Assembly (NCBI GenBank): GCA_963794945.1
Contig: CAWCFT010000001.1
Location: forward strand, 384,001 to 448,000
Source: Endomicrobiales bacterium
Lineage (GTDB): Bacteria; Elusimicrobiota; Endomicrobiia; Endomicrobiales; CAWCFT01
DNA: 64,000 nucleotides
Direction: 5' to 3'
In this document: piece by piece, positions 29,028 to 40,621 of the stretch
How the letters are laid out: every line of letters starts with the position of its first letter
Numbering within the stretch: position 1 is the first letter of the stretch
Notes under the pieces: generated by a model
What the model was told of the DNA's origin: nothing
Databases searched by the model: none
What the model saw: the letters and a program-made list of their open reading frames with translations, nothing else
Position numbers and translations under genes: made by a program

Positions 29028-30784
29028 AAAAGAATCAGTTTGTACTTTCAGCAATATTATTTATTTCTCTTGTCGCTGGTTATACCGGAATAAAGTGGGG
29101 CGTACCATCAAATATTAGAGCTGATATGGTTCTTCCGAAAGAGCTGAGGACCGAAGAATTTTATAAAACAATGGCGGACACGAGAAGCGACATATATAAA
29201 GCCACCGGGGGAAATCCGCTTGGCCGTCTTCAGGAAGACCCGGGCCAGACACCGATCCTCAAGACCATGAACGTCCCTTCGACAGGCAACGTAGTGCTTG
29301 AACAGAACGACCGCGTCTTTGCGAACCTGATAAGGCCGTACCTGTTGAGGACTAACCATCCCGACGAACAAATGGCAGTCAATATGCTTTCACTAATGAA
29401 ACCCTCCAAACTCGATTTTAACCCTAGGCTTTTCCAGTACGGTGGCGTTTATATATATCCGATGGGCGCGTATCTTGAAGCCCTTAAAATACTAAACATC
29501 ATCCATGTCAGCGGCAATATCGACTACTATATGAAGAACCCTAGTGAGATGGGGAATATATTTTATTACGGAAGACTCGTCAACATAGTCTTCCTGCTTA
29601 TTACCGTGATCTTTGTTTATCTTACTTCAAATGAGCTCTATGGCGGCGCTACAGCTCTACTGTCCGCTCTCCTAGTATCAGTGGCGCCCGCGTTGATATT
29701 CCAAACACACATAATGAAACCATATATATTGTCTAACATGTTCACAAGCATGTGCCTGTATTTTTCCGCAAAAATGTTTAAACACCCAGACAATACAAAG
29801 AACGCGGCGCTTTCCGGGATAACCATGGGCCTCGTTTCCGGAAGCATGCTGGTATATTCTACCATGATAACGATCCCCTTGCTCGCGTGCGTATTCTCGA
29901 AAAAGAACATAATAAAGAACATGATTTTGATACTTCTGTTATCGGCCGCTGTGTTCGCCGTAACAAATCCCTACGCTTTCATTGACAGTACAGCCTTTCT
30001 TCGCGAGATGACCGCTTCGAAAGGTGTTTACGTTGCCGGAATGAACTCCGGCTGGTTGCGTTTCTTCTCGGGACAGCTACCGTATTACTATAACCATATA
30101 TTTATTGTTGCCGCTTTTTTGTCAACCGCATTTGTAATGCGAACCCGAAAAAAAGAAGACTTATTTCTGGTCTTCACCGCGTTGCTGCACCTTCTATTGA
30201 TGTCATACTTGCTTAGGAACCAAAAACCTTCCATGCATTTCACAAGATTTCTTCTGCCGTCCATAACCTTATTCTCCATACTTGTGGCATCAGTTTTCCA
30301 CAGGCTCAGAGGTGTGTCATCTCTCAAATATTCGTTTACAACCGCTTTCGTAATATTGACTTCGTCCATGTGCCTTCAGAGCGCGGTTGTCGTGCGCAAT
30401 TTTTACGTAGATTCCACGCCGAACTCGACAAGGCTATCAGCCGGCAGGTGGATAACCGAGAACGTACCTCAAAATACATTGATAGGTATCATTGGCTTGC
30501 CGGAACCAAGCACGCTCCCGCCGATATCGTATTCGAGGTACAAGCTGATGCTTATCCGCGACCTCAAGGTTCCGGCAAATACTCTGCCAAACTACCTGAT
30601 CATAAACACCGAGCTTGCAGGTGAATACGAGCACGACGCGAAAGTTAATTTTAAATTGTTGAAAGAGTTCAAGCCAGCGGAGTCGTTCGCCGGATTGTCT
30701 TTCGAACTGCTATCGAGTCATGTAAACACGAAGATATCCATCTACGGCAAGAACAGGGAAGGATCTTTCCTGAGACAGCCTTGA
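29024..30784 (+). CDS. GT-C (ArnT/PMT, GT39-like) membrane glycosyltransferase
   Basis: HPDE, DFNPRLFQYG, multiple TMs, TNPY, STRLSAGRWI. Confidence 0.75.
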   Translation: MKKNQFVLSAILFISLVAGYTGIKWGVPSNIRADMVLPKELRTEEFYKTMADTRSDIYKATGGNPLGRLQEDPGQTPILKTMNVPSTGNVVLEQNDRVFANLIRPYLLRTNHPDEQMAVNMLSLMKPSKLDFNPRLFQYGGVYIYPMGAYLEALKILNIIHVSGNIDYYMKNPSEMGNIFYYGRLVNIVFLLITVIFVYLTSNELYGGATALLSALLVSVAPALIFQTHIMKPYILSNMFTSMCLYFSAKMFKHPDNTKNAALSGITMGLVSGSMLVYSTMITIPLLACVFSKKNIIKNMILILLLSAAVFAVTNPYAFIDSTAFLREMTASKGVYVAGMNSGWLRFFSGQLPYYYNHIFIVAAFLSTAFVMRTRKKEDLFLVFTALLHLLLMSYLLRNQKPSMHFTRFLLPSITLFSILVASVFHRLRGVSSLKYSFTTAFVILTSSMCLQSAVVVRNFYVDSTPNSTRLSAGRWITENVPQNTLIGIIGLPEPSTLPPISYSRYKLMLIRDLKVPANTLPNYLIINTELAGEYEHDAKVNFKLLKEFKPAESFAGLSFELLSSHVNTKISIYGKNREGSFLRQP

Positions 30785-30830
30785 TTAGGCTTTAAATTAA
30801 TACTATACTCAACAAGGTACAAACAACATC

Positions 30831-32217
30831 ATGAACGTTCTATTAGTAAAGGTTCCGTCAATAAGCGATCACATACAACCCTCTTCCGGGCTCGGCTATC
30901 TTGCCACCGCGGTTAGCCCCGCGCACAACGTAGCGATACTTGATATGCCCAAAATGGGTTTGTCGGTTAGCGACTTTAGCGATGTCTTGACGAAACAAAG
31001 CTGGGATGTCATCGGCTTCCAACTCTACACTATAGAACTTGAGAACGTTAAGGCGCTATGCGCAATAACTAGAGCGGCGTCTTCCTTCTGTGGCGATACT
31101 TCTTGGAGGACCTCATGCCTCGGTCAACCCGAAAGACACGGCCGAATACTTCAAGGAATTCTCGGCCTATGTCTTTATAGGGGAATCAGAGAAGACTCTC
31201 CCGGTATTCCTTGGTAGGTTGGCTGACAAGAATACGTCTTTTTTTGATATACCAGGCCTTGCTTATTTCGATAAAGATAACCTTATTCTAAACAAGCCGG
31301 CCGCCTTTGTTGAAGACTTAGATTCACTCGGTATGCCCGCATGGGACCTTATTAAACCTAACGAGTATCCGCCTGCCCAGCACGGCGCCTTCTTTGTTAA
31401 TTACCCTATCGCGCCTATCATGACCACCAGGGGCTGCCCGTATATGTGCTCTTTCTGCTCGGCCCCTGTCTTAAGCGGGCACAAGGTCAGGAAGCGCAGC
31501 CCTGAAAGTATCGTGAACGAAATAACACTTCTCTACAGGGATTTCCACATAAGAGAGATACACATCATAGATGACAATTTTTCCTGCGATGTAAAACATG
31601 CTAAAGATACGCTAAAAAAGATATTAGAAACAGGACTAAAAATCAGTATCGCGTTCCCTAACGGACTGAGGATAGAGACGATAGACGAAGAGCTGCTTGA
31701 TCTTATGAAAAAATGCGGGGTTTACCTCATATCTTTGGGTATTGAATCCGGAAGTGACAGGGTGTTGAAACTCATTAACAAAAGCCTTTCTATCGGTAAA
31801 ATTAAATCACAGATCGCCATGATTGCTAAGTCAGGCATAGACATAGCCGGCTTTTTTGTCATGGGCTTTCCCGGGGAGACTAAAGAGGAAATTGAAAAGA
31901 CTATAAGGTTTTCTCTTGAGTTGCCCCTAATCCGCGCTAATTATTTCACGTTCCTTCCTCTTCCCGGGACCACTATGTACCGCGAGATGCAGGAATCAGG
32001 CGAGATAAACCATGTTGACTGGCACAATTTCTATTTTATGCGCGCCCCGTACGCTCCGAAAGGGATGACCTCGGCTGAGCTACGCAGTCTACAGAAAAGC
32101 GCTTTTATAAGGTTCTTTTTGCGGCCATCTATCTTTATTAAAAATGTCAGCAAGATCAGATCGCCGAGGCATTTTTGGTATCTTTTTAAAAGATTTTATA
32201 AATGGATAGTTTCATAA
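30831..32217 (+). CDS. B12-binding radical SAM protein (frameshift near 31085)
   Basis: N-terminal GLGYLA / GGPHAS, TTRGCPYMCSFC, GIESGS, MGFPGET. Confidence 0.88.
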
Positions 32218-32259
32218 AATTGGTGTGTCCCCTGCCTACAACTCCTTCCGGGCCTGAGT

Positions 32260-32288
32260 TTGCATGATCTTTACAAAAAAGCTATAAT
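32260..32288 (+). promoter_or_regulatory. Putative sigma70 promoter
   Basis: TTGCAT-17 bp-TATAAT. Confidence 0.5.
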
Positions 32289-32328
32289 ATTTCAGCGAAT
32301 TCACATAAATCCTTTACGGGCATTATTG

Positions 32329-33667
32329 ATGAAAAAATCTTTTCTGGCGGTATTATTTCTAGCCCTGATCTTAAGGCTTACGCTCTTTTTTTTCATACTT
32401 AAAATCGATCCTAATAATTTCTGCCAGTCCGATTCGGGTGTTTACTTACAGATTGCCGACAACCTTCTAAAAACCGGCACTTTTTCAAGTTCCAGTAAGG
32501 CACCCTTTGAACCAGAATATAACAGGACTCCAGCTTACCCTGTTTTCCTTGCGCCTTTCAGGGCGGCCAGCAATCGAGTAAACAGCATAATACTCTTTCA
32601 GGTATTTCTTTCCATTTTGTCAGTTTACCTTGTTATGTATTTCTGCCGTCAGTTACTTCAACTCTCGGTCACCGCAAGCGCCCTCGCGGGATTAGTTCTA
32701 GCCCTAGACGTACCTTCGATAGTCCTTGCCAATTCTGTTCTGACCGAGACGCTTGTTACTTTCCTGCTTTTGTCAGGCGTGATCTTAACGTTTCGCTATT
32801 TCAAAACAGGCAAAACCGTCTTGCTTGTAATTAGCGGTGTGATATACGGGCTCTCAAGCCTCTGCCGGCCCTCCGCTCTCCTTCTCCCGGTCTTCATTCT
32901 GGTTGCGTTGTTTTTCGCTGAAGTTTCGTATTCTCGTAAAGGCATTCTTTCTCTTTGCTTATTCATAATAGCTTATACGGCCGTCCTGTCACCGTGGCTT
33001 ATCCGGAACAAAGCTATTTTCGGCGGGGCATTCCTTTCCACAATAAGCTACGACAATCTTCTTTACGTTCAGGCCGCCGGAGTTAAATCCGTCCACGACA
33101 GAGTATCTCTGGATGAAACCCGCAGATACCTGGTAAAAGATTTCGAATCACGCAATTTAGAAAGCATAAATGCTGGGAACCTTCTGAAGATCAAGAAGCT
33201 TGAGGGGAAAGAAGCTGTTGAAATCATCAAGACTCACCCACTCATTTATGCGTATAATTACTGCCGCTCGGTATTGAACATGCTTCTCAGGCCGATCCGT
33301 AACGATATAGACTTAATGCTGGGTCTCACCCAAACACATTCAACGCTTGAGCTTTGGGATGGAGCAGGACCGGCAGGCATGATAAAAAGCTTTTTTAGTT
33401 CGACATCACGGTTCACCGCTATGGTGTGCCTGTTCCAGATAGCGGCACTCGCGGCTATATATTATTTTGCCATATATGGAGTTTTTGCAGGATATACGCA
33501 AGATTTGTCTCTTACTGCGCTTTTACTTTCATTTATCATATATTTTTGCCTCACGTTCTGGCGCTCCGGAGACATACGCGAGGTTCAGGGTGCCTATAAT
33601 GCCACTGGTATCCGTATTTGCCGGGCTTGGTATCGAAAAATTCAATCACAGGAGAAACGCCGTATGA
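32329..33667 (+). CDS. GT-C (ArnT/GT39-like) membrane protein (frameshift near 33555)
   Basis: DSGVY, RTPAYPVFLA, LTETL, PWLIRN. The true C-terminus (ARFRVPIMP...AV*) is in ORF 33467-33667. Confidence 0.78.
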
Positions 33668-34672
33668 CAAAGATCGGTATAATCGGATGCGGTTACTGGG
33701 GGCCAAACCTCGTAAGGAATTTTATGGAACTGACGAACTGCGAGGTCGCAGCTATATCAGATCTAAACGCCGACAGGCTAAAAAGTATCGGAACGCGTTA
33801 CCCGCAAGTAGCCAGGTTTTCAGATTACAATGATATTTTGAAAAATCCAGAGATAACAGGCGTCGTGATATCGACTAACCTTACAACCCACTACGCTATC
33901 GCGAAAGACGCCTTGAACGCCGGCAAGCACATATTACTTGAAAAACCCGTCGCCTCTACTGTGAGCGAATCAGCCGAGCTTGTTGCGCTCGCAAAAAAGA
34001 AGAAACTTATTTTCATGAGCGGGCACACTTTCCTGTACAATCAGGGAGTGATCGACATGAAGAAATACGTTGAAAAAGGTGACCTCGGTGATGTATTCTA
34101 CCTGCACTCCGAGAGGACTAACCTCGGCCCTATAAGGAACGATACCAACGCTCTTTGGGACCTCGCACCTCACGATATTTCGATCTTTATGCATGTGCTG
34201 GGCCATCTGCCTTGCGCCGTATCGGCTCACGGCCTCTTTCCTTAAAAAAGGCCGCGAGGATGTTGTGTTCCTTACGATGAAGTTTGCGAACGGTGTGCTC
34301 GGAAGCCTGCACGTCTCATGGCTTGACCCTTGCAAGGTCAGAAAGATCACTGTTATCGGCAACAAGAAGATGCTGCTATTCGATGATCTTAACACACTCG
34401 AACCAATAAGGCTTTTTGACAAAGGTGTTGAGTACCCGAAAGATTACGGCAACTACGGCGAGTTCCAGCATATATTAAGGGATGGCGACATTCTCGTCCC
34501 GAAGATCAAACTTAGCGAGCCGCTTAAAAACGAGTGCGCGGCGTTCCTCAAATCCATCGAGACAAGTTCGGCCCCAGTTTCGAACGGCGAGTTCGGCAAG
34601 GATATCGTAAGAGTGCTCGCCGCGGCACAGGAATCACTTAAAAACAACGGCGTTTTCACAGAGGTGAGTTGA
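33664..34672 (+). CDS. Gfo/Idh/MocA oxidoreductase (frameshift near 34235)
   Basis: IGIIGCGYWGPNLVRN, LEKP, WDLAPHD, SWLDPCKVR. Confidence 0.9.
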
Positions 34673-35299
34673 ATGAAAACAAAAGCTGTGCTCGGCAAAC
34701 GCAACAAAATTGATAAAGGCGCTATCCTTGGTTATCCGGCATCAAGAAAAATAGCCCGAAAACCGCTTACGATAGGCGACGAAGCAGTCATCAGAGCCGG
34801 AACTATAATTTACGAAAGCACCGTTATCGGTAAACATTTCACATCAGGGCACAACGCGGTAATACGGGAAGAGAACCGTATTGGCGATAATTTTTCGATA
34901 TGGAACAATTCAACTGTCGATTACGGGTGCAGGATAGGCAACAATGTAAAGATCCACTGCAACTGTTATATAGCACAGTTCAGTGTTCTTGAAGACGATG
35001 TGTTCCTTGCTCCGGGCGTCACTTTTGCCAACGATGTCCACCCAGGATGCGAGCATTCCATGAAATGCCTTAAAGGGCCTGTCATAAAGAAAGGCGCCAA
35101 GATAGGCGTTAACGCAACAATACTGCCCTTCGTTACGGTAGGCGAAAATGCACTTATAGGGTCCGGTGCCGTTGTAACAAAAGACGTCCCTGCTGGTTCA
35201 GTCGTTTACGGCAACCCCGCTCGTGTACGAAACAACGTTTATAAATTGAAGTGTGTAACAGGCCTCACCGATAAACCTTACAGAAAGGACATAAAATGA
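34673..35299 (+). CDS. Hexapeptide-repeat sugar N-acyltransferase
   Basis: Left-handed beta-helix repeats; IGSGAVVTKDVP...GNPAR. Confidence 0.9.
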   Translation: MKTKAVLGKRNKIDKGAILGYPASRKIARKPLTIGDEAVIRAGTIIYESTVIGKHFTSGHNAVIREENRIGDNFSIWNNSTVDYGCRIGNNVKIHCNCYIAQFSVLEDDVFLAPGVTFANDVHPGCEHSMKCLKGPVIKKGAKIGVNATILPFVTVGENALIGSGAVVTKDVPAGSVVYGNPARVRNNVYKLKCVTGLTDKPYRKDIK

Positions 35300-36408
35300 A
35301 AGTTCAGTTCGTAGACCTCAAGAGAATGCACGCGCCAATATCCGGCGAGATTAACGAAGCAATGAGCAATGTTATCGAACGCGGAGATTTCATTCTGAGC
35401 AAGGATGTCTCTTTGTTCGAAAGCGAGTTCGCCTCTTACTGCGGATGCAAGTACGCAGTCGGAGTAAGTTCCGGGACGGAAGCGCTTCGCCTTATTTTGG
35501 TTGCTTACGGTATAAAAGAAGGCGACGAGGTAATTGTTCCTGCAAATACGTTCATCGCTACTGCACTCGCAGTTTCCTACGCGGGGGCGACACCTGTCCT
35601 TGTGGATGCCGACCCTGCGACTTTTAACATAGATATTTCTAAAGTAGAGAAAGCATTAACCGTTAAGACAAAGGCGATAATGCCGGTCCACCTTTATGGA
35701 AACCCGTCAAATATCACAGAGCTAAAGAATATAGCGCAAAAACACAAACTTAAACTTATCGAAGATGCATGCCAGGCGCACGGCGCTTTTTTCAACGGTG
35801 CCAGGGCCGGTTCGTTGGGTGACGCTGCAGCATTCAGCTTTTATCCCGCTAAGAACATAGGCGCTTTCGGTGACGCAGGTATAGTAGTTACAGATGACAG
35901 CGTGCTGTACGAGAAGCTGATACTTTTAAGGAATTATGGGTCTAAAAAGAAGTATGAGCACGATGTGATAGGTTTTAACTCCAGGCTCGATACGCTCCAG
36001 GCTGCGGTACTACGTATTAAACTTAAGAAACTAGATGTCTGGAACGATTCAAGAAGGTCCAGCGCAGAGCTATATAGAAAATATCTCTCAAGTATAAGCT
36101 ATGTTACGCTGCCTCCGCTTGATGCCCCGGGAACAAAACAGGTGTATCATCTCTTTGTTATAAGAACTTCGAGGAGGGATGAACTCAAGGACTTTTTAAA
36201 AGACAGAGGCGTGGACACGGGCATCCACTACCCTATACCTATACACCTGTGCCCGGCATATTCGTCACTTAAGCTCGGAGAAGGTTCTCTTCCCGTGACC
36301 GAGAAACTCTCGCGCGAGTTACTATCTTTGCCAATGTTCCCTTTTATGACTGATGAAGAGGTAAGATACGTCTGCGATCAAATAAAGGATTTTTTTAAGT
36401 TACAATGA
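35296..36408 (+). CDS. DegT/DnrJ/EryC1/StrS aminotransferase
   Basis: PVHLYG, EDACQAHGA, FSFYPAKNIGAFGDAG, NSRLDTLQA. Confidence 0.95.
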   Translation: MKVQFVDLKRMHAPISGEINEAMSNVIERGDFILSKDVSLFESEFASYCGCKYAVGVSSGTEALRLILVAYGIKEGDEVIVPANTFIATALAVSYAGATPVLVDADPATFNIDISKVEKALTVKTKAIMPVHLYGNPSNITELKNIAQKHKLKLIEDACQAHGAFFNGARAGSLGDAAAFSFYPAKNIGAFGDAGIVVTDDSVLYEKLILLRNYGSKKKYEHDVIGFNSRLDTLQAAVLRIKLKKLDVWNDSRRSSAELYRKYLSSISYVTLPPLDAPGTKQVYHLFVIRTSRRDELKDFLKDRGVDTGIHYPIPIHLCPAYSSLKLGEGSLPVTEKLSRELLSLPMFPFMTDEEVRYVCDQIKDFFKLQ

Positions 36409-37136
36409 ATAAACTACATAAGATAATCGTCATCCTTCCTGCGTACAATGAGGAAGGCAAGATAGGCAACACCGTTAAAAAGGTTCTTAACGACCCTCCC
36501 AAGGGGCTTGTAAGTACGTGTCTTGTGGTTGACGACGGTTCAACTGATAATACTGTGCTTGACGCCGAAACGAACGGCGCACTAGTACTAAAGAAACCGC
36601 GCAATGAAGGCGTTGGTTCAGCTATAAGAGAAGGGATAGCTTATGCTGTAAAGAACGCTTTCGACATTATTGTAGTCATGGCGGGGGACGACCAGGACGT
36701 TCCGGCCGAAATACCGGCAGTTGTAGAGCCGATAATAAGCAGAGGGTACGATTTTGTGCAAGGCTCGCGCAGGCTCCGCGGCACAAGAACAGTAAATATG
36801 CCGCTATTTAGGCGTGTAACAACATGGGTGTATTCCTTCATCTTCAAGCTGGTGACCGGGTTCCCGTGCACGGACGGGACCAATGGTTTCCGCGCTTTCA
36901 AGACAAGCATACTTAATAACCCAATTATCAACCTAAACCAGGAATGGCTGAATACCTACGAACTTGAACCCTACCTTTTCTTTAAGATCATCGAAGCGGG
37001 AGGAAGAGTTTGCGAGGTTCAGGTCACCAAACACTATCACAAGAAGATAATAGGCTACTCGAAAATGGTACCGCTAAAGGACTGGTGGAACATTCTTAAG
37101 CCTCTCATATATTTAAAGATCGGTATAAAAAAGTGA
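36405..37136 (+). CDS. GT2 glycosyltransferase (DPM1-like)
   Basis: LPAYNEE, VDDGSTD, MAGDDQD, TDGTNGFRA. Confidence 0.88.
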   Translation: MNKLHKIIVILPAYNEEGKIGNTVKKVLNDPPKGLVSTCLVVDDGSTDNTVLDAETNGALVLKKPRNEGVGSAIREGIAYAVKNAFDIIVVMAGDDQDVPAEIPAVVEPIISRGYDFVQGSRRLRGTRTVNMPLFRRVTTWVYSFIFKLVTGFPCTDGTNGFRAFKTSILNNPIINLNQEWLNTYELEPYLFFKIIEAGGRVCEVQVTKHYHKKIIGYSKMVPLKDWWNILKPLIYLKIGIKK

Positions 37137-37155
37137 GCTCACTTAAAGGACGTTA

Positions 37156-38076
37156 ATGAAAAAACTGCTTTTCTACTTAAAACTTGTTTTTATAGTGTGC
37201 CTTTTAGGCTGGGTCGCAGTCAAATTTGACTACAAAATGGCGAAAGCCGTGCTATCTGCGGCTAAGATCGGCTGGGCCATAACCTCGATCGCTATATCCT
37301 TTGTGTCGGTAATATTCGTCAGCCTGCGCTGGAAAATGATAATACGCGGTTTCTGGAGCAACCCAAAGACTTCCACAGCCAAGCTCTACTGGTTCAACCT
37401 GCTCACAGTCTTTTACAATCTTTTTATACCGACATCAATAGCCGGGGAAGCCGTGCGTATATGGCGCCTTGCTAAAAACGAAGATAACGATTACGCGAAG
37501 GCGGCTTTTACGGCCATTATTGACAGGATAGCCGGCGTTTCGACTTGGTTCCTGCTTTTTCTGGCGATGCCTTCTCTGCTGCCAAAGAACAGGCTTCTGC
37601 TGCTGGTCTTCCTCGTTCCTATAGCTCTGTACCTCTTCCGGCATAAGCTAGCATACAAAGAAAGAAAGCTAATTGATTTTTCGAGGCATCACCCGCTGGA
37701 CATAGTATACGCGGTTTTATTCTCCGTTCTGTGCCAGGTCGCTGCAATTATTTCTGGATATGCGGCTTTTAAATGCTTCAACCTTAATATCGGTATCCTA
37801 TTGTGCGGCGGATTAATGACAGCCGGAGCTCTTGTGAGCCTTGTGCCTGTTTCAGTGCTCGGTTTCGGAGCGAGGGAAGGTTTTTTTATCGCCATACTTC
37901 CGTCATACGGAGCGCACCCTACGCAAGCCGTGCTGCTTACCACCTTTTTCGTTTTTTCTTCATACTTCGTGGGCATCACCGGCGGGCTTGTGGAGCTTAT
38001 GAATACCGGATGGAACCTCACCAGCCTTAAGAAGCCCGATATCGAAGAGATCAAGACGGTGGATCCCTTAAAATGA
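37156..38076 (+). CDS. LPG-synthase-TM / flippase-like membrane protein
   Basis: SLRW, FYNLFIPTSIAGE, IIDRIAG, PVSVLGFGAREG. Confidence 0.82.
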   Translation: MKKLLFYLKLVFIVCLLGWVAVKFDYKMAKAVLSAAKIGWAITSIAISFVSVIFVSLRWKMIIRGFWSNPKTSTAKLYWFNLLTVFYNLFIPTSIAGEAVRIWRLAKNEDNDYAKAAFTAIIDRIAGVSTWFLLFLAMPSLLPKNRLLLLVFLVPIALYLFRHKLAYKERKLIDFSRHHPLDIVYAVLFSVLCQVAAIISGYAAFKCFNLNIGILLCGGLMTAGALVSLVPVSVLGFGAREGFFIAILPSYGAHPTQAVLLTTFFVFSSYFVGITGGLVELMNTGWNLTSLKKPDIEEIKTVDPLK

Positions 38077-39468
38077 AAGTACTGCTCATTAACCCGCGTA
38101 AAATGTTCCGGTCCGGCAACATATGGAAATCCGTGCTGGGTTTTATGCCGCCCCTGGGGCTCGCGCAGACTCGCGGCGTACCTAAGAACAAAACAGATCA
38201 ACGTAAAGATAATAGACGCTAATGCTGAACTGCTCGATGATAGTGCGCTAAGATCAAGAATTGAAACGCTTTTGAAGACCTTCGGGGCTCCTGAATTTAC
38301 CGGAATAACAGCGTCAACGAACACATTTTTTCCTGCGATCGAAGCCGCGAAGATAGTAAAAGAGCTGATCCCTGGAACCTCCGTTACGGCCGGCGGCATA
38401 CACGCCACGATATTGCCGGAAGATTTCTTAAAATACGGCTTTATCGACTATTGCGTGCGGGGGGAAGGCGAACAGCCGTACTTTGAACTTATTTCAGGCA
38501 AAGACAAGAAAGACATACTCTCGCTTTCATACAAGGACAACGGAAAAATAGTACATAACGTTCCCGGACCGGTTCTGGATAACCTTGACTCGCTTCCATT
38601 GCCGGCATACGACCTGCTCCCTATGAGCAGGTACAAGCCGTCCCTGGGAAGCTACAAGAGGCTGCCAGCCGTTGGAATGGTCACTTCCCGGGGCTGCCCG
38701 GGTAAATGCACTTTTTGCTACGGCCAGTATTTTGGCAAAAAGATACGCTATCACAGCACTGAAAGGATATTGGCCGAGATACTTCACCTCAAAGACGTTT
38801 ACGGCATTAAAGAGATTTCGTTCTATGACGACACATTTACAGCGGTAAAACCGAATCTCATCAAGTTCTGCGAGCTTTTGATAAGCAGGGACATCGATAT
38901 CACCTGGTCATGTTTTTCAAGGACCAACCTCGTAAACGCAAACCTATTAAAGCTGATGAAAAAAGCCGGCTGCCACCAGATATGCTACGGTATAGAGTCA
39001 GGAGATGAGGTTATACTCAAGACAATTCAGAAGAACGTATCCCTCGATACGGCCAAAGAAGCCATCACGCTCACCAAAAAAGCCGGAATAGAGGCCAGGT
39101 CAACTTTTATGATAGGTAATCCAGGTGAAACCGCCCAAACGCTGGAGAAAACTTTCAGGTTCGCCGTTAACATCGACCCGGATATCGCTCTATTCAACAT
39201 AACAACTCCATTTCCCGGCACGGCCATGTTCGAGTGGGCGTCACGCAACGGTTACATAAAGACATACGATTGGGCCGATTACGACCTTTCCAAGCCTGTA
39301 ATGGAAATACCCGGGCTCCCGGCCACGGAAATAGTCCGGTATTACAAGATGTTCAACAGGAATTTTTACCTTAGGCCGTGGTATATAATAAGAAGAGCAT
39401 TTAAGATGACAAGCCCAGCCCGTATAAAAGCTGGTTTCTTGGCTTTACGCGCGATCATAAATAAGTAA
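38073..39468 (+). CDS. B12-binding radical SAM protein (frameshifts near 38130-38170)
   Basis: MKVLLINP start, PPLG, GGIHAT, TSRGCPGKCTFC, GIESG. Confidence 0.88.
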
Positions 39469-39477
39469 CAGCAACTT

Positions 39478-40572
39478 ATGGAAAAACCAAAAATATTTTA
39501 CCTTGCAACGAGCCTTAACATCGGAGGAACTGAAAAATTCCTTACAGTTCTTGCAGAAAATCTTTCAGAGAACTACGATATCACAGTAGGTGTTGTAAGG
39601 GGCGGGGGAACGTTGGAGGCCCATCTAATCAAAAATGGCATACAAGTGATCCATTGCCCGTTGCCATGGCAGCTTACCGGCTACCTTAGGCTTCACAAGA
39701 TCAAGATACTGCACACATTCCTTTTTTGGGCGCACATATACGGGCGGCTGGCGGCTAAATTCGCCGGCACACCTGTTGTTATTACCACCCAGCAGGCCGT
39801 CGACACCTGGAAGAAGTTTTACCACACGTTCTTAGATAAACTCACGGCCCCGCTATGCGATTTTTTCATTGTCAATTCTATCACTGCCGCTAAGCGGCTT
39901 GAAACCGTCGAAAAGGTCCCCAAAGACCGCATCGGCCTTGTCTACAACGGGGTAGACCTCGGCACGTTCCAAACACAGCACCCGCGGGAAGAAATAAGGA
40001 AAGAATTTAACATAGCTCCAAACGCGTTCGTCGTCGCCTGCGTCTCCAGGCTGCATTACGATAAAGGTGTTGATTTCCTTCCGGAGATAGCGGCGGGTTC
40101 GCCGGGCTGCGTTTTTCTTGTGGCCGGCGACGGGCCTTACATGAGGCTGTTAAAAGATAAAATTAAGTCCATGAAACTTGAGGGCCACGTGATCCTTTGC
40201 GGCTGGAGGCTGGACACCCCGAGGATACTCAAGGCTTCCGACGCTTTTATCCTGCCTTCGAGAGAGGAGAGCTTTCCGCAAGCGGCTCTTGAGGCAATGG
40301 CGATGAGACTGCCTGTTGTAGCGGCTGATGTCGGAGGGGTGAACGAGCTTATCGAAGACGGTGAAACAGGCACATTAGTAAAGCGCGGTGACACTGCTGG
40401 GTTCTCTGCAGCAATAAACAGGCTTATCAACGACAGGGTTCTTTGTTCGCGCTTTGCAGAAGCCTCTTATAACAAATCCCTTCAATTTAGCGAAAGTAAA
40501 ATGGTACAGAGCGTGACAGCAGTTTATGATGCGTTCCTGTCAAAAACATCGTCTAAGACCGTAGCCGGTTAA
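39478..40572 (+). CDS. GT4 glycosyltransferase
   Basis: IGGTE, VYNGVD, LPSREESFPQAALEAMA. Confidence 0.92.
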   Translation: MEKPKIFYLATSLNIGGTEKFLTVLAENLSENYDITVGVVRGGGTLEAHLIKNGIQVIHCPLPWQLTGYLRLHKIKILHTFLFWAHIYGRLAAKFAGTPVVITTQQAVDTWKKFYHTFLDKLTAPLCDFFIVNSITAAKRLETVEKVPKDRIGLVYNGVDLGTFQTQHPREEIRKEFNIAPNAFVVACVSRLHYDKGVDFLPEIAAGSPGCVFLVAGDGPYMRLLKDKIKSMKLEGHVILCGWRLDTPRILKASDAFILPSREESFPQAALEAMAMRLPVVAADVGGVNELIEDGETGTLVKRGDTAGFSAAINRLINDRVLCSRFAEASYNKSLQFSESKMVQSVTAVYDAFLSKTSSKTVAG

Positions 40573-40621
40573 TGCGATTAATTTTGTTTCTGATACTTTT
40601 GTTGGGTTTATCCATTAATTC

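Noticed and set aside
32260..34245. Apparent novel GT-C / Gfo-Idh-MocA fusion (661 aa ORF)
   Set aside because: Artefact of an indel near 33555. The true GT-C end (ARFRVP...*) is in another frame and overlaps the oxidoreductase start as ATGA.
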